Positions 28,619-39,825 are shown, counted from the stretch's first letter. The stretch is 64,000 nt of DNA from Candidatus Krumholzibacteriota bacterium (GCA_963806035.1 CAWDWO010000011.1:1-64000); one strand, 5' to 3'. Notes: generated from the sequence alone by a model not told the origin. Program-made: numbers and translations.

Positions 28619-30349
28619 TCAAGCGCTGGCACGTGTGGCCGTTTCGCGTTCGGCCAGTTCTCTTTGCCGCTCCTCCCATGCCTTCGCCCCCAGTTCTTCC
28701 CCATCGCGGAAACTGCGATGGTACTCCTTCAGGAGGTAGCGCCGGGAGACCGCGGTCTTCACGAAATCCCAGGGAAAACGATACTCGTCGGGCTTCTCGG
28801 CGTAGAGCAGCCACTCCACGTCGACGTGCGCGTCCTTCAGAGCTCTTTTCCAGGTGGGTGAAGCCCCCTCCGCCCAGCGGATCAGTGCTTCGGACACCCT
28901 TCGGTCCCCCAGCGAGAGAATGCTCTGCCGGTAGGTTTCCTTGGGTGTACCCACCGTCACTCTTACACCGGAGATCCGATCGAGTGCCCGCAAAAGGATT
29001 TTCGCGCGTCGCTCATGGACTTCCTTGCTGATCATCGCCTTCCACTGGAACGCGGTCCAGGGCTTGGGTACCAGCGGGCTCACGCTCAGGGAAAGACGAG
29101 GGTGGTGCCCGACCTCGGCGAAGACCTGCTTGAGATCTCGAGCCAAGGAGACGATTCCCTCCATGTCCTCGTCGCTCTCGGTGGGCAGACCCATCATGAA
29201 GTAGAGTTTGAGCTTCTGAACCCCCTTGGCGGCCAGGGTGCGGCCGCTGTTCAGAATGTCCTGGTGGGTCATGGTCTTGCGGATGACGCGCCGCAGGCGC
29301 TCCGTGCCCGCCTCGGGCGCGATGGTGATGGTGCGCATGCCGCCACGCACGATGCCGTCCACCCGCTTCTCGTCGAGAAGTTCGAGGCGCAGACTGCTGG
29401 TGGTGTAGTTGATGTTCCTGTCCACCAAACTCTGCGTCACGCGATCCAGTTCGGGATGATCGACGAGACAGGCCCCCACCAATCCGACCGTTCCAGATTT
29501 CAGATCCGTCTCTTCCAATCGCTTCAGCAGCGCGTCCGCGTTGGAAAAACGCACGGGCCGGTACCAATAGCCGGCCAGGCAGAAGCGGCAGCCCCATCCG
29601 CAGCCGCGCGTCATCTCCGCCATCATCACGTTGGAAAAGACACTGCTGGGGGTGATGACCCGCGAGCTGATCAGGTCGTCCACCACTTCGGCGGTCTCGG
29701 TGCGTTTGACGATCAGCTCCGGTGCGCGCTGATCCTTCACGGAACGCTCGTGGAGGGTCGGCGAGCTCACTCGCTGGGGCAGGTAGACTCCCTGGATCTC
29801 AGAGAGCGCGTCCTCGAACTCGCGGCGCGAGATACGCCCCTCCGCGAATTCCTCCAGCAGAGGAGTTGCCTCCTCCATGAAGGGCTCGCCGTCTCCGATG
29901 ACGATCGCATCGCACAGGAGAGCCAGAGTCTCGGGATTTGCCGTCACTGCGGGGCCGCCCACCAGGACGAAGAGTTCGTCCTCCCCACGTTCGCTGGCAC
30001 GCAAGGGAACCGAGGCATCGCGCAGCATGCGCGCGAAATGGAAGTAATCTTCCTCGAAAGAGATGCTCCACAGGCTGAGACGGTGCTCCGCCAAAGGCCG
30101 GCGCGTCTCGAAGGACTGGGGAGTCTCGGGGGTCTCGGCCTCCAGGAAGAGGCGATCCACCCCGAGCTCCATCCCGTCCAGACACGCGCTCCAGATGTAC
30201 TGGAAACCCAGATTGGACATCCCCACTTCGTAGGTGTTGGCGAAACACACGAGCAGATCCGCCTTCGTGCTCGGCTGACGCTTTGGCGCGGGAACCACCC
30301 AGGTTTCCTGCGCGAGCTTCTCGGCTACGAAGTCCGGTATTGGGTTCAT
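28619..30349 (-). CDS. Radical SAM protein (TIGR03960-like, B12-binding-type N-terminus)
   Basis: YEVGMSNLG, RGCGWGCRFC, TIAPEAGTERLR, KLYFMMGLPTE, PKPWTAFQW. Confidence 0.88.
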   Translation of the reverse strand: MNPIPDFVAEKLAQETWVVPAPKRQPSTKADLLVCFANTYEVGMSNLGFQYIWSACLDGMELGVDRLFLEAETPETPQSFETRRPLAEHRLSLWSISFEEDYFHFARMLRDASVPLRASERGEDELFVLVGGPAVTANPETLALLCDAIVIGDGEPFMEEATPLLEEFAEGRISRREFEDALSEIQGVYLPQRVSSPTLHERSVKDQRAPELIVKRTETAEVVDDLISSRVITPSSVFSNVMMAEMTRGCGWGCRFCLAGYWYRPVRFSNADALLKRLEETDLKSGTVGLVGACLVDHPELDRVTQSLVDRNINYTTSSLRLELLDEKRVDGIVRGGMRTITIAPEAGTERLRRVIRKTMTHQDILNSGRTLAAKGVQKLKLYFMMGLPTESDEDMEGIVSLARDLKQVFAEVGHHPRLSLSVSPLVPKPWTAFQWKAMISKEVHERRAKILLRALDRISGVRVTVGTPKETYRQSILSLGDRRVSEALIRWAEGASPTWKRALKDAHVDVEWLLYAEKPDEYRFPWDFVKTAVSRRYLLKEYHRSFRDGEELGAKAWEERQRELAERETATRASA

Positions 30350-30397
30350 GCTCTCATGCTCAAAGGGGGAGAGTCCTTCGACGACTTTGTCTTGGAC

Positions 30398-30862
30398 TCA
30401 AAAGTAGTATCGTCCGCCGAGGGCGGCGTTGAGATCGAATTCGCTGCTGGGAGTCAGATCCAACACGGGGACCAGCTCCAAGAAAAGATCGAACGGTGCG
30501 TCAGCGAACTCATAGGCCAGACCCACCGGGAAGCGCACCCCCAGGGTGTCGTCAACCTCGTCGCGGAGACGCAGGCGCCCGCCCACTCCGAAATACAGCG
30601 GCAGGGAGCCCTTTTCCACCTGGATGAGGTTCCAGCGGTGCCAGATGTAGTCGGCATGCAAATGCAGATTGGTGTGCTCGGTGAAGGACCAGGCCACGGC
30701 GCCCTGCACTGCCGTCGAGCCACCGGTCCAGAGCTTCATGGAGACTCCGGTGGGTTCCCCCAAGATGATCCCGGCTCCGAAGGACGATCGGTGTTCGGAT
30801 GCTGCCGAGGATACGGGTATGAGAACTGCGATTAGGACCATGCAGATGAAGATCTTCTTCAT
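30398..30862 (-). CDS. Small outer-membrane beta-barrel protein
   Basis: Signal peptide, FGAGIILGEPTGVS, C-terminal RYYF. Confidence 0.8.
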   Translation of the reverse strand: MKKIFICMVLIAVLIPVSSAASEHRSSFGAGIILGEPTGVSMKLWTGGSTAVQGAVAWSFTEHTNLHLHADYIWHRWNLIQVEKGSLPLYFGVGGRLRLRDEVDDTLGVRFPVGLAYEFADAPFDLFLELVPVLDLTPSSEFDLNAALGGRYYF

Positions 30863-30925
30863 GAGCAAATTCCTCCGTCCAGGCTGGGGGTAGCCTCATT
30901 CGAGTCGAGATTCGTTACAATCTAG

Positions 30926-32590
30926 TTATGCCTGGACAACTTCGCCGAGAGGAGCCGGATCCACCGCGGAAAGAGGGCCCAGCCAGCGTTCGCGCTGTTG
31001 GCTGCGCACTCTGAGGGAGAGCGGATAGAGCTGCGTGAGACGGCGCGCGCTGGTCTCGCATTGTGCGACCTCGCCCTTGCGCCGCAGAAGTTGAAGATGG
31101 CAGATCTCGTCGGCGAGGGAACCCGCCCGCAGATTCCTGAGCTGCTCCTGCTCTTCGAGCGCTTCCTCGACACGTCCGCTCCCGGCCAGGATGCGCACGC
31201 GCTCCCTTCGGGCCGCGGCGCTCTCAGGCCACCGCTTCAACACTTCCTCCAGCTTGCGCAGCGCGCGGGATTCCTCGTTCAGGCTGCGATGAATCTGCGC
31301 GCGAAGCACGGCCAGTGCGGGTTGCAGGCCCGCTTCCTCCTCGTACTCGTCGAGCAGAGCCGCAGCGGAACCGAGCTTGTCCTTTTGGACCAGAATCTCG
31401 GCTCGAGCCAGGGTGAGCGCCGGGTCCTCGAGCTCTTGATCGAGCTGATTCAGACAGTTTTCCGCGGCGTCGATCGCACCCGAACGAAGGTGGAAAGCCA
31501 CCGCGTCGAGCAGTCCTTGGGGACCAGGGTGATTGCGAAGCAGGTCCTCGTAGGCGGCCCGTGCGAGCTCCGTCTGACCCTCCAGTGCGCGCGTACATGC
31601 GAGGAGATTCAGGACCTCGGCCGGAACTTCACCGTGACTGAGCAAGGGACGGATGAGTTTGTCACAGGCTTCCTCGTCCCCTTCGAGGTGCAGACAAAGG
31701 GCGAGCCCGTAGTCCGCGAAGGGAGAAGGAAGCGCCGCTCCCTCACGCGCTCGCGCGTAACGTCTCCGCGCACTCTCGACCTCCCCCTGATGAAGCAGAA
31801 CCGCCGCGGACAAAACGAGAGCGTCCGCGAAGCCGGGGTGAATCGTGAGTGCGTGCTCGAGGTGTATCAGAGCTCCCGCAAGATCTCCCTCGCGGAAGAG
31901 AATCAGAGCCAGTTTGAAGCGCAGATCCGGAAAGTCCGGGTAGCTCCTCAGCAATTCCTCGATCGCCCGGCGGCTGCTCTCGAGGTCTCCCGCCAGATAG
32001 AGGGATTCCGCCCGATCAATTCTCCGCCTCAGGCTCTCTTCATCGAAGAGGTGCTGCCACAGCTCCTCAGCTCCCGGCGCTCGCGGCCCTTCATCGAGGA
32101 AGCGGGTCAATGCGGTGGGACGCCGTTTCCCCGCCTCCCTTGCCCGCTGCAGTTCGGTTTCCGCCGCCTCGTTCTCGCCCCTCTCCCGCAGGATCACCGA
32201 GATCAAGACTCTGGCCTCGGCGAGATCGCCGTTGATCTTCAACGCACTTTGCGCCGACTTCTCGGCCTTTCCGGGATCTCCCTGCCGGTAATGCGCCACC
32301 GCCTTGCGAAAGTGCAGATCCGGGTAGCCCGGTTGCTCGGACAGAGCCGCATCGAGATAGCGCAGAGCATCGAGATCTCTCCCGTCGCGCAGCAGGCGGG
32401 CGCCGATCTTGGCCTGCGCCTCGGCGCGATAAAAGCGCGCCAGGGCGACGTAGGGATGCGAATCGTCCATCAGCCCATCGAGGGCCAGATCGAAGGCCTC
32501 CAGAGACGACTCGTAGTCGCCCCCGTTGTAGAGTCGCATTCCCTGCTCGTAATGACGTTGCGGCGTATCTCCGAACAGCCAACGAAACAT
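30926..32590 (-). CDS. Tetratricopeptide repeat protein
   Basis: Repeated TPR helices (PGYPDLHFRKA, PDFPDLRFKLA); GGAGG upstream. Confidence 0.8.
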   Translation of the reverse strand: MFRWLFGDTPQRHYEQGMRLYNGGDYESSLEAFDLALDGLMDDSHPYVALARFYRAEAQAKIGARLLRDGRDLDALRYLDAALSEQPGYPDLHFRKAVAHYRQGDPGKAEKSAQSALKINGDLAEARVLISVILRERGENEAAETELQRAREAGKRRPTALTRFLDEGPRAPGAEELWQHLFDEESLRRRIDRAESLYLAGDLESSRRAIEELLRSYPDFPDLRFKLALILFREGDLAGALIHLEHALTIHPGFADALVLSAAVLLHQGEVESARRRYARAREGAALPSPFADYGLALCLHLEGDEEACDKLIRPLLSHGEVPAEVLNLLACTRALEGQTELARAAYEDLLRNHPGPQGLLDAVAFHLRSGAIDAAENCLNQLDQELEDPALTLARAEILVQKDKLGSAAALLDEYEEEAGLQPALAVLRAQIHRSLNEESRALRKLEEVLKRWPESAAARRERVRILAGSGRVEEALEEQEQLRNLRAGSLADEICHLQLLRRKGEVAQCETSARRLTQLYPLSLRVRSQQRERWLGPLSAVDPAPLGEVVQA

Positions 32591-32653
32591 CGAATCCCTC
32601 CGCGAAGTGTGTTCCCCAACCGGGCACCTCCGCGCGCCTCGGCTGTGCCGCGA

Positions 32654-34042
32654 TCAGTCCATCGTCTTGCGAATGAAGGTTGGGATATCCAAATCCGCGC
32701 CGCGTCCCGACCTGGCCGCGCGTGCCTTCATCGGTGTCTCATCCTCGCGTTCCTCCGCGGGAGCGCGGGGCGGAGTATTCTCGGCCTCGAACATGGAACG
32801 GCGCGCCGCCGGAGCGGACTCCTTCACCGGTACTTCGCTCACGCCGTCTTCCAGAGAGAGCTGCCTGCCCTGCCTCGTTTCCGCGGTGGGCCGGCTGGGG
32901 GCTTCCTGCGCTTGCATCCCCCCCGCCTTCATCTGCGCGGCCGGAGTCTGCGGCGGAGCGAAAGGCTGCGGCTGGGGTGGCGTGGGATTCTGGCGGCTCG
33001 TCACCTTCTGCAGCGGTACCGGCTGCGTGAGCGGCCGCACCATGTTCATGTCGATGCCCGCGCGCTGCGGCTGACGGGCGGGGTCTCCGAAGCCGGTCGC
33101 AATGACCGTCACCCGCATCTCCTCGCCCGCGTTGGGATCGATGACCGCTCCAAAGATGAGGTTCGCCTCGCTGCCCACGCCGTCCTGAATGATGCTGGTG
33201 GCCTCGCTCACCTCGTGCAGAGTCATGTCGCTGGCGCCCGTGATGTTGACCAGGACTCCCTTGGCCCCGCGGATGTCCACCTCGTCGAGCAGGGGGCTGG
33301 AGATCGCCGCAGTCGCCGCATCCGCAGCGCGGGTCTCACCCTTGGCCACTCCCGCGCCCATGATCGCGTCGCCCATCCCCGTCATGATGCTGCGCACGTC
33401 GGCGAAGTCGAGATTGACCAGACCGGGCACCGTGATGAGATCACTGATGCCTTTGGTGGCGTGGTAAAGCACCATGTCCGCCACCCGGAATGCGTCGGTG
33501 AGAGGGGTGTTCGCGGGCACGATCTTCAACAGCCGGTCGTTCTGAATGGCGATCAGAGTGTCCACCTGCGACTTCAGTGCCTCGAATCCCTCCTGGGCCT
33601 GATGCCCACGGTGCCGTCCCTCGAAGGTGAAGGGCATGGTCACGATGCCCACCACCAACGCGCCCAGTTCCCGGGCGATACGCGCCACCGTCGGCGCCGC
33701 TCCGGTACCGGTTCCACCGCCCATGCCCGCGGTGACGAAGACCATGTCGGCTCCGGTGAGGACCTCGGCCACGGTGTTCTCGTCTTCTTCCACCGCCTTG
33801 CTGCCCACGCGCGGATCACCGCCCGATCCCAAACCGCGGGTAATCTTGGCGCCGATCTGCACCTTGTTGGTGGCTTGGCTCTCTTGAAGAGCCTGTGCGT
33901 CGGTGTTGATGGCAACGAATTCCACTCCAGGCAGACCCGAGGCCACCATTCCGTTGACGGCATTACCGCCAGCTCCACCAACTCCCACGACTCGGATTTG
34001 CGCCTGATCCGTGTATTCCTCTTCGAACTCGAACATCATCAT
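32654..34042 (-). CDS. ftsZ: Cell division protein FtsZ
   Basis: [27 protein letters not shown]-terminal [10 protein letters not shown]. Confidence 0.99.
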   Translation of the reverse strand: MMMFEFEEEYTDQAQIRVVGVGGAGGNAVNGMVASGLPGVEFVAINTDAQALQESQATNKVQIGAKITRGLGSGGDPRVGSKAVEEDENTVAEVLTGADMVFVTAGMGGGTGTGAAPTVARIARELGALVVGIVTMPFTFEGRHRGHQAQEGFEALKSQVDTLIAIQNDRLLKIVPANTPLTDAFRVADMVLYHATKGISDLITVPGLVNLDFADVRSIMTGMGDAIMGAGVAKGETRAADAATAAISSPLLDEVDIRGAKGVLVNITGASDMTLHEVSEATSIIQDGVGSEANLIFGAVIDPNAGEEMRVTVIATGFGDPARQPQRAGIDMNMVRPLTQPVPLQKVTSRQNPTPPQPQPFAPPQTPAAQMKAGGMQAQEAPSRPTAETRQGRQLSLEDGVSEVPVKESAPAARRSMFEAENTPPRAPAEEREDETPMKARAARSGRGADLDIPTFIRKTMD

Positions 34043-34091
34043 TGGATTCCTCCAGCTAAAACCGTGTCGTGGGGGACAAACGCCTTCCCTC

Positions 34092-35309
34092 TCACACGAT
34101 GCGGTCGAGAATGCGTTTGAAATTGCTCCAGAGTCTCCCTCCCCCGGGACTAGAGATGGGGGCTAGAGGAAGGGAGTGTTCGTGTTGTAGAGCTCTCCGG
34201 CTCAGACCGAGCGCTGTCGCCCAGGAGTCCGGCTCCTGGGAGAGATCGTCACCGGGAGCCCGCCTTTGGTCCGCTCTCAGCGCGAAAACTTGCTCGGCGA
34301 GCTCCACCGTTCCGGGAATTCTGCTCCCACCACCGGTGAGAACGATCCCCGCTGCCAGGGCTGGCCGCGTCACACCCCACTGCAGGCCGGAGGCGACATG
34401 CTCCAAGATCTCCTGCTGACGGGGCTCGCAAACCGCTGCCACCCTGGTCCGGATAGCACTCGGCGAATCGACGGTTGAGGCGGTGGGGGTGCCTCCGTGG
34501 GGTAGGACCTTCGAGCGCAGAGCGCTGGCCGATGTCCTTTTTAGTACCTCTGCCTCCTTGGGATCAACACCCAAAACGTAGGCGATGTCTCTGGTGACGT
34601 GATTTCCACCCAGAGGAACCACCCCGCTCTGGCGCAATCTGCCCCGGCAGTACAGCGCAAAGTGGGTGAGTTCACCCCCAATATCGATGAGTAGACACCC
34701 CTGTTCACGTTCCTCCTGGGAGATGAGATAAGTGGCGGTGGCGCAGGGGTTGAACACCAGCGGATCCGCCCGGTAGCCCGCCATCTCGACCACGCGATCG
34801 ATGGCCTGCACCGCCGCCTGCTCCCCCGTGATGAGGTGAGCATCCAGCTGCAGGCGAGAGCCCATCATCCCTACCGGATTCTGAAGTCCTCCCCGGCCGT
34901 CCAGGGTGTACTCCACCGGGAGGCAGTGGAGAATCACGCGGTCGAAGGGAATTCCCATGGCCTGGACTCGCCGGCGCACCCGTTCGAGATGCTCACCGCG
35001 CACGTGCCCCCCGGATTCGTCCAGCGAAATCGAGCCGCTGGAGGAGACACTGCGCAGGTGAGACCCTCCCACGCCGACTGCGATGGACTGCGGAATGACG
35101 CCGGCGATGTCGCAAGCGGTGTCCAACAGTCCGCGCAGCGCGAGCGCGGCCGCGGGCAGATCCACGAGTTCACTGCGGGTAAAACCTCGGCTGGGAACGG
35201 AGGCGTGGCCCAAGATGGCCACTCCTCCATTCCCGTCCGGTTCGGCTACCACGGCACGAAATCGTGTGGATCCCAAATCGAGACCCGCGAGAACAGGTTC
35301 TTGGTCCAT
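34092..35309 (-). CDS. ftsA: Cell division protein FtsA
   Basis: [38 protein letters not shown]; directly upstream of ftsZ. Confidence 0.95.
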   Translation of the reverse strand: MDQEPVLAGLDLGSTRFRAVVAEPDGNGGVAILGHASVPSRGFTRSELVDLPAAALALRGLLDTACDIAGVIPQSIAVGVGGSHLRSVSSSGSISLDESGGHVRGEHLERVRRRVQAMGIPFDRVILHCLPVEYTLDGRGGLQNPVGMMGSRLQLDAHLITGEQAAVQAIDRVVEMAGYRADPLVFNPCATATYLISQEEREQGCLLIDIGGELTHFALYCRGRLRQSGVVPLGGNHVTRDIAYVLGVDPKEAEVLKRTSASALRSKVLPHGGTPTASTVDSPSAIRTRVAAVCEPRQQEILEHVASGLQWGVTRPALAAGIVLTGGGSRIPGTVELAEQVFALRADQRRAPGDDLSQEPDSWATALGLSRRALQHEHSLPLAPISSPGGGRLWSNFKRILDRIV

Positions 35310-35310
35310 T

Positions 35311-36123
35311 TCATCCTCCCATGTGGCGCCTCGTCGCTCCCCCGTTGGTCACGACGACTTGCCTCTCGAAGCGAAGATCCAATCGGTCCCCTGGACCGGG
35401 CTGCAGCATGGGCAGCGAAGCGGTCAATACCGTCAAACGCCGGTCCCAGCCTTCAGACCCCAGCACAACCTCGACTCCGTCGCCGGTGATGAGTCGAACG
35501 TTTCCGTTCTCCCCCACCTCCACCGACGAGAGGCCCGAAGGCCAGGTCCACGGCGTCCGGTTCAAGGACACGCAGAGCTTCCGCACAAGCTCACGCGTGG
35601 CCTTGCTCAGTACGGTCGTCCCCTCCCGACGTGGGGCCCTCAGTCGGGGTAGACCGGACACATCGATGCCGCGCCGCGGAGGTAAGTACCTCCCGTCGGC
35701 GCAGACTGCCCCACCCTCTTCCAGTGAGAAGACGGGGCGTGCTTCCTCGACCACGACTCGGAGAGTCCCGGTGGGAAGCGGGATGAATTTCACCTCTTTG
35801 ATCCAAGGATCTTCGAGGAGTTGCTCGCGAAGTTCGTCCTTCGGCAGCAAGTACATGCGCTTTCCGAAGCACTCCGAGAGAACGGTACGGAGATGCTCTT
35901 GATCCGCAGCGAGATGGCCCTGAACTCTTACCGACTGCACCCGCAAGAAGCAGCCGAGTGTGAGCATTGCCCCGAGCGCGGCCGCGCTCAAAACCAGGAA
36001 CAACTTGCGCCGCGCATGCCGGTTCTTGGCTCTCCGCACTCCGGAAGACGTACGCCGGCTCCGCGCCAGAGGGGCGCCGGGCAGCTCGCTGTCCCGAGTT
36101 CCCACGTAACGGATCTTCGTCAT
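35311..36123 (-). CDS. ftsQ: Cell division protein FtsQ/DivIB
   Basis: Basic N-terminus, one TM helix, POTRA (DPWIKEV), DLRFERQVVV; position in the dcw cluster. Confidence 0.85.
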   Translation of the reverse strand: MTKIRYVGTRDSELPGAPLARSRRTSSGVRRAKNRHARRKLFLVLSAAALGAMLTLGCFLRVQSVRVQGHLAADQEHLRTVLSECFGKRMYLLPKDELREQLLEDPWIKEVKFIPLPTGTLRVVVEEARPVFSLEEGGAVCADGRYLPPRRGIDVSGLPRLRAPRREGTTVLSKATRELVRKLCVSLNRTPWTWPSGLSSVEVGENGNVRLITGDGVEVVLGSEGWDRRLTVLTASLPMLQPGPGDRLDLRFERQVVVTNGGATRRHMGG

Positions 36124-37559
36124 GACTCGTCCTCGCTTCTCTCGGCCAGTGCACGCATGAGAAGCTCCGCGAGGTGCGTGATGTCCCCCGCGCCCTGGGT
36201 GAGCCAGAGGTCGCCCGGGCGCGCTGTCTGCTTCGCCCACTCCACGGCCTCGTCCAAGGACTGCAGGCGCTTCACCGGCCTCGCGTACTCCTTCTCCAAC
36301 CTGGAGGCGATGAGTTCACTGTCGACGCCCTCGATCGGTTCCTCGCTCGCCTCGTAGATCGGGAGGATGCCGACCTCATCGGCAGCGGCAAGCACTTGCG
36401 CGAAGGCCTCATAGTGATCCCGCGTGCGGGTATAACGGTGGGGTTGAAACACGACGACCAAACGCCGGTCGAAGCTCTCGCGAAGCGCCTGGATCGTCAC
36501 CCCCAACTCCGTCGGATGGTGTCCGTAATCGTCCACCACCAGAACTCCTCCCACTTCACCCTTCTGCTCCAAACGTCGTCCGACTCCCCCGAAGCACACC
36601 AGGGCGCGGGAGATCTGGTCGAAATCGAGACCCAGCTCGAGTCCGGTGGCGACGGCAGCCGCCGCGTTCATGGCGTTGTGCGCGCCGAAGAGAGGAAGTT
36701 GACAGCTGCCAAGCTCATTCTGGTGCAGCCAGAATCTCAGCTGCATTCCGGCCTCGTTGCCCTTCTGGCGCGCCACGCGAAGATCGCAATCCTCGCTGCT
36801 TCCGTAGGTGAAAGGGGTCCAGCGGATGCGAGGCAGCAGCGCCATGAGTTCAGGATCGTCCTTACACGCGATGACTTTCCCGTAGAAGGGAACGCGATCC
36901 ATGAAGTCCACGAAGGCTTTACGCACCGCCTCCATGTCTCCGTAATGGTCCATGTGCTCGTGATCCACGTTGGTGATCACCGCGATCGTGGGATCCAGAC
37001 GCAAGAAGGTCCCGTCGCTCTCGTCCGCTTCGGCCACCAGGTATTCACCGCCGCCGAGAATTGCCGTGCCCCCCAGGGCCAGCAGCTTCCCCCCCACGAT
37101 CACCGTGGGATCGAGTCCTCCTTCGGTCAGCACGGTCGCGATCAGACTGCTCGTCGTGGTCTTCCCGTGCGAACCGGCGATGGCAACCCCGTGCTTCAAG
37201 CGCATCAGCTCCGCCAGCATCTCGGCGCGGCGGATGACGGGAATCCCCTTGCACCGGGCTTCCACGAGTTCGGGATTGCTCTGCGGCACCGCGGAAGAAA
37301 AGACCACCACGTCCGCGTCGTTCACGTGCGCCGCGTCGTGACCCAGCCAGACGCGCGCGCCCATGTCCTTCAGGCGTTGGGTCTGCGGACCCTCGCGCAC
37401 GTCACTCCCGGAGACCTCGAATCCCAGATGGACGAGCACTTCGGCAATGCCGCTCATGCCCACTCCACCGATGGCGACGAAGTGAATCCTCCGGGTAAGC
37501 CGGAACGCGGCGGAGCGCTCCCCGGGACGCACGAAAAGACCACGGTCCGTCCAGCTCAT
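36120..37559 (-). CDS. murC: UDP-N-acetylmuramate--L-alanine ligase
   Basis: IGGVGMSG, GSHGKTTT, EADESD, DDYGHHP, FQPHRYTRT. Confidence 0.98.
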   Translation of the reverse strand: MSWTDRGLFVRPGERSAAFRLTRRIHFVAIGGVGMSGIAEVLVHLGFEVSGSDVREGPQTQRLKDMGARVWLGHDAAHVNDADVVVFSSAVPQSNPELVEARCKGIPVIRRAEMLAELMRLKHGVAIAGSHGKTTTSSLIATVLTEGGLDPTVIVGGKLLALGGTAILGGGEYLVAEADESDGTFLRLDPTIAVITNVDHEHMDHYGDMEAVRKAFVDFMDRVPFYGKVIACKDDPELMALLPRIRWTPFTYGSSEDCDLRVARQKGNEAGMQLRFWLHQNELGSCQLPLFGAHNAMNAAAAVATGLELGLDFDQISRALVCFGGVGRRLEQKGEVGGVLVVDDYGHHPTELGVTIQALRESFDRRLVVVFQPHRYTRTRDHYEAFAQVLAAADEVGILPIYEASEEPIEGVDSELIASRLEKEYARPVKRLQSLDEAVEWAKQTARPGDLWLTQGAGDITHLAELLMRALAERSEDES

Positions 37560-38683
37560 GCGTCCCTCCCTTCGCGTGCGCGAGAGATCAAGGCGGCGGC
37601 GAGTTCAGCAGCGCCATTCCTGCCAGCGGCGATCATCGCCGCCGCCTCCCCCATCGTCTCCAGCACGGCTGGATTCTTTTGAAACTCATCGAGTAGTCCG
37701 CAGAGCATCGACGCGTCGAACTCGGCGTCGCTCACGACTCTTGCCGCTTTCGCCCGGCTGAAGGCGGCGGCATTGTGGCTCTGGTGGTCGTCGGTCGCAT
37801 GCGGGTAGGGCACCAGGATGGCGGGCTTGCCCGCGGCCGCCAATTCCGCGAGAGTGAGCGCTCCGGCCCGACACACCACGAGATCCGCCACCCGGTAGGC
37901 CGCGGCCATGTCATCGATGTAGGCACGGGGGGTGATCTGGCTGAGACCCGAGAGCGCGGTCCGTACTCGCGGCAAGTCATCCCGTCCGGTTTGCACGATC
38001 GCTTGCCACTCACCGCGGCTCGCCCTTGCGAGCCAGGCGCCCACCACGGCGTCGTTGAGCCGAGAGGCTCCCCGGCTTCCCCCGAAAACGAGAAGGGTCA
38101 GCTTGCCCGCGGGTTGCAGTCCGAAGCTCTGGTAATCCTCGGCGCGCGCGCGCTCCCCACGCGTTTTCAGAATCTCCGCGCGCACCGGATTGGGAAGCAC
38201 CTCGACGTGTTTCGCGCGCCCGAGATACTCAGCCCCCTGCTCGAAGGCCACGTAGGCGCGCTCGGCAAAGCGGGACAGAAAGCGATTCGTCGATCCGGGC
38301 ACCGAGTTCTGTTCCTGCAGCCACAAGGGCCTGCCCATGAGAGCGGCCGCGACCGAGGGAGCCGCGCTGGCGTAGCCTCCGGTCGCGAGAACGGCCGCGG
38401 GGCGCAGGCGGAGAATCAAGGGAACGGAGGCAAGGAAGGCCAGGCCGAAGCTGAGGGCGAAGCGCAGGGCTCCCAGGACTCCCAATCCACGCAGACCAGC
38501 CGCGGGCAGGCGCGTGAGCGGGAAGCCGGCCGCGGGAACCAACTGGTTCTCGATTCCACGGCGCCCACCCACGAAGTGCACGTGCGCGCTGGGACTCTGG
38601 CTCATGAGCTCCTGGGCCACGGCCAGGGCGGGCTGCACGTGGCCTCCGGTCCCACCCGCTGCGATGAGGAAGCGCGGACTCAT
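37556..38683 (-). CDS. murG: Lipid II N-acetylglucosaminyltransferase
   Basis: GGTGGH, TGGY, EQN, GGSRGA, RAGALT, HQSHNA. Confidence 0.97.
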   Translation of the reverse strand: MSPRFLIAAGGTGGHVQPALAVAQELMSQSPSAHVHFVGGRRGIENQLVPAAGFPLTRLPAAGLRGLGVLGALRFALSFGLAFLASVPLILRLRPAAVLATGGYASAAPSVAAALMGRPLWLQEQNSVPGSTNRFLSRFAERAYVAFEQGAEYLGRAKHVEVLPNPVRAEILKTRGERARAEDYQSFGLQPAGKLTLLVFGGSRGASRLNDAVVGAWLARASRGEWQAIVQTGRDDLPRVRTALSGLSQITPRAYIDDMAAAYRVADLVVCRAGALTLAELAAAGKPAILVPYPHATDDHQSHNAAAFSRAKAARVVSDAEFDASMLCGLLDEFQKNPAVLETMGEAAAMIAAGRNGAAELAAALISRAREGRDA

Positions 38684-39825
38684 GCTCTCTTCCTCCAGCG
38701 GTCGTTGGGGGCGCGGCGGCGGCGCAAGTGCCGGGTCACGCTCAGCAGCACTCCGACTCCCGCGAGATTGGTGATGAGGGCGCTGCCTCCGTAACTCAGG
38801 AAAGGCAGGGGAAGGCCGGTGACCGGCATCAACCCCACGACGACCGCGAGGTTGAGTACCGCGTAGCAGAGAACCATCGCGCCGATGCTCAGGGTCACCA
38901 GGTAGGCCAGGCCGTCGGGCGCGTTCCGCGCGACCTTCAGAGTGCGCGCGAACCAGAAGAAGAGGATGATGACGAGGCCCCCCGCACCCACGAAGCCCAG
39001 TTCCTCGCCCAGAATGGCGAAGATGAAATCGGTGTGGCTGGCAGGGAGGAAGAGGTACTTCATGGTGCTCATGCCCGGTCCCACCCCACGCCATCCACCA
39101 CTCCCCAAGCCCACGAGCGCCTGATAGGACTGATAGCCGAAACGTCCGTCGTGACCGCCGCGCAGCAACAGATCCATCCAAGCCGCGACCCGCTCGTGTA
39201 CCTTTCCCACGTGGGCGTAGGCCAGCCAGCAGAGCACCGCTCCCGCGAGCAGCAAGAGAAAGATCCAGCGCGCCTTGACCCCTCCCAACCAGAAAAGAGA
39301 CAGGCACAGTAGGGCCAGAGCCATCGCCGAACCGAAATTCGGTTGCAGAGCCAAGAGCAGGATGGCGATTCCCGGCACCGCGGCCATCCGCAGAAATGCC
39401 TTTCCGTCTCTCGTAACCTCTGGATGACGGTCGATCCAATAAGGGAGTCCCAACGCGAGTCCCAACTTCACGAGCTCGACCGGCTGCACGATGACGCCGA
39501 AGATGTGGAGCCAGCGGGTGATGCCGTAGGAAGAACGCGTGAAGCTCGTGCCCACCACCGTGATCAAGAGCATGAGCACGGCGGCCGGCAGGGCGATGAG
39601 AGCGAAGCGGCAGGAAACGCGGTAAGGAATCCACGCCAGGAGGAACATCACGCTGAGCCCGATGAGCGCGCGCAGCGTTTGACGGGCCGCGAAGGAGAAT
39701 TCGGTCACTCCGGCCATGCTCGCGCGATAACTGCTCGATGCGTAGACCATGATCATGCCCAGTCCGACGAGCAGAAGAGTCAAAAGGACGAGCCGGCGAT
39801 CGGGCAGCGTGGTGACGTTCTTCAT
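38680..39825 (-). CDS. ftsW: SEDS protein FtsW
   Basis: QPVELVK, HTDFIFAILGEELG, PVTGLPLPFLSYGGS. Confidence 0.95.
   Translation of the reverse strand: MKNVTTLPDRRLVLLTLLLVGLGMIMVYASSSYRASMAGVTEFSFAARQTLRALIGLSVMFLLAWIPYRVSCRFALIALPAAVLMLLITVVGTSFTRSSYGITRWLHIFGVIVQPVELVKLGLALGLPYWIDRHPEVTRDGKAFLRMAAVPGIAILLLALQPNFGSAMALALLCLSLFWLGGVKARWIFLLLLAGAVLCWLAYAHVGKVHERVAAWMDLLLRGGHDGRFGYQSYQALVGLGSGGWRGVGPGMSTMKYLFLPASHTDFIFAILGEELGFVGAGGLVIILFFWFARTLKVARNAPDGLAYLVTLSIGAMVLCYAVLNLAVVVGLMPVTGLPLPFLSYGGSALITNLAGVGVLLSVTRHLRRRRAPNDRWRKRA

Noticed and set aside
30998..34120. 1040-aa plus-strand ORF and other long antisense ORFs (e.g. 29015..30835, 36174..37682, 9876..11318)
   Set aside because: They lie exactly opposite well-supported genes (ftsZ/TPR, radical SAM, murC, activator), have no motifs, and are expected shadows of high-GC codon bias.
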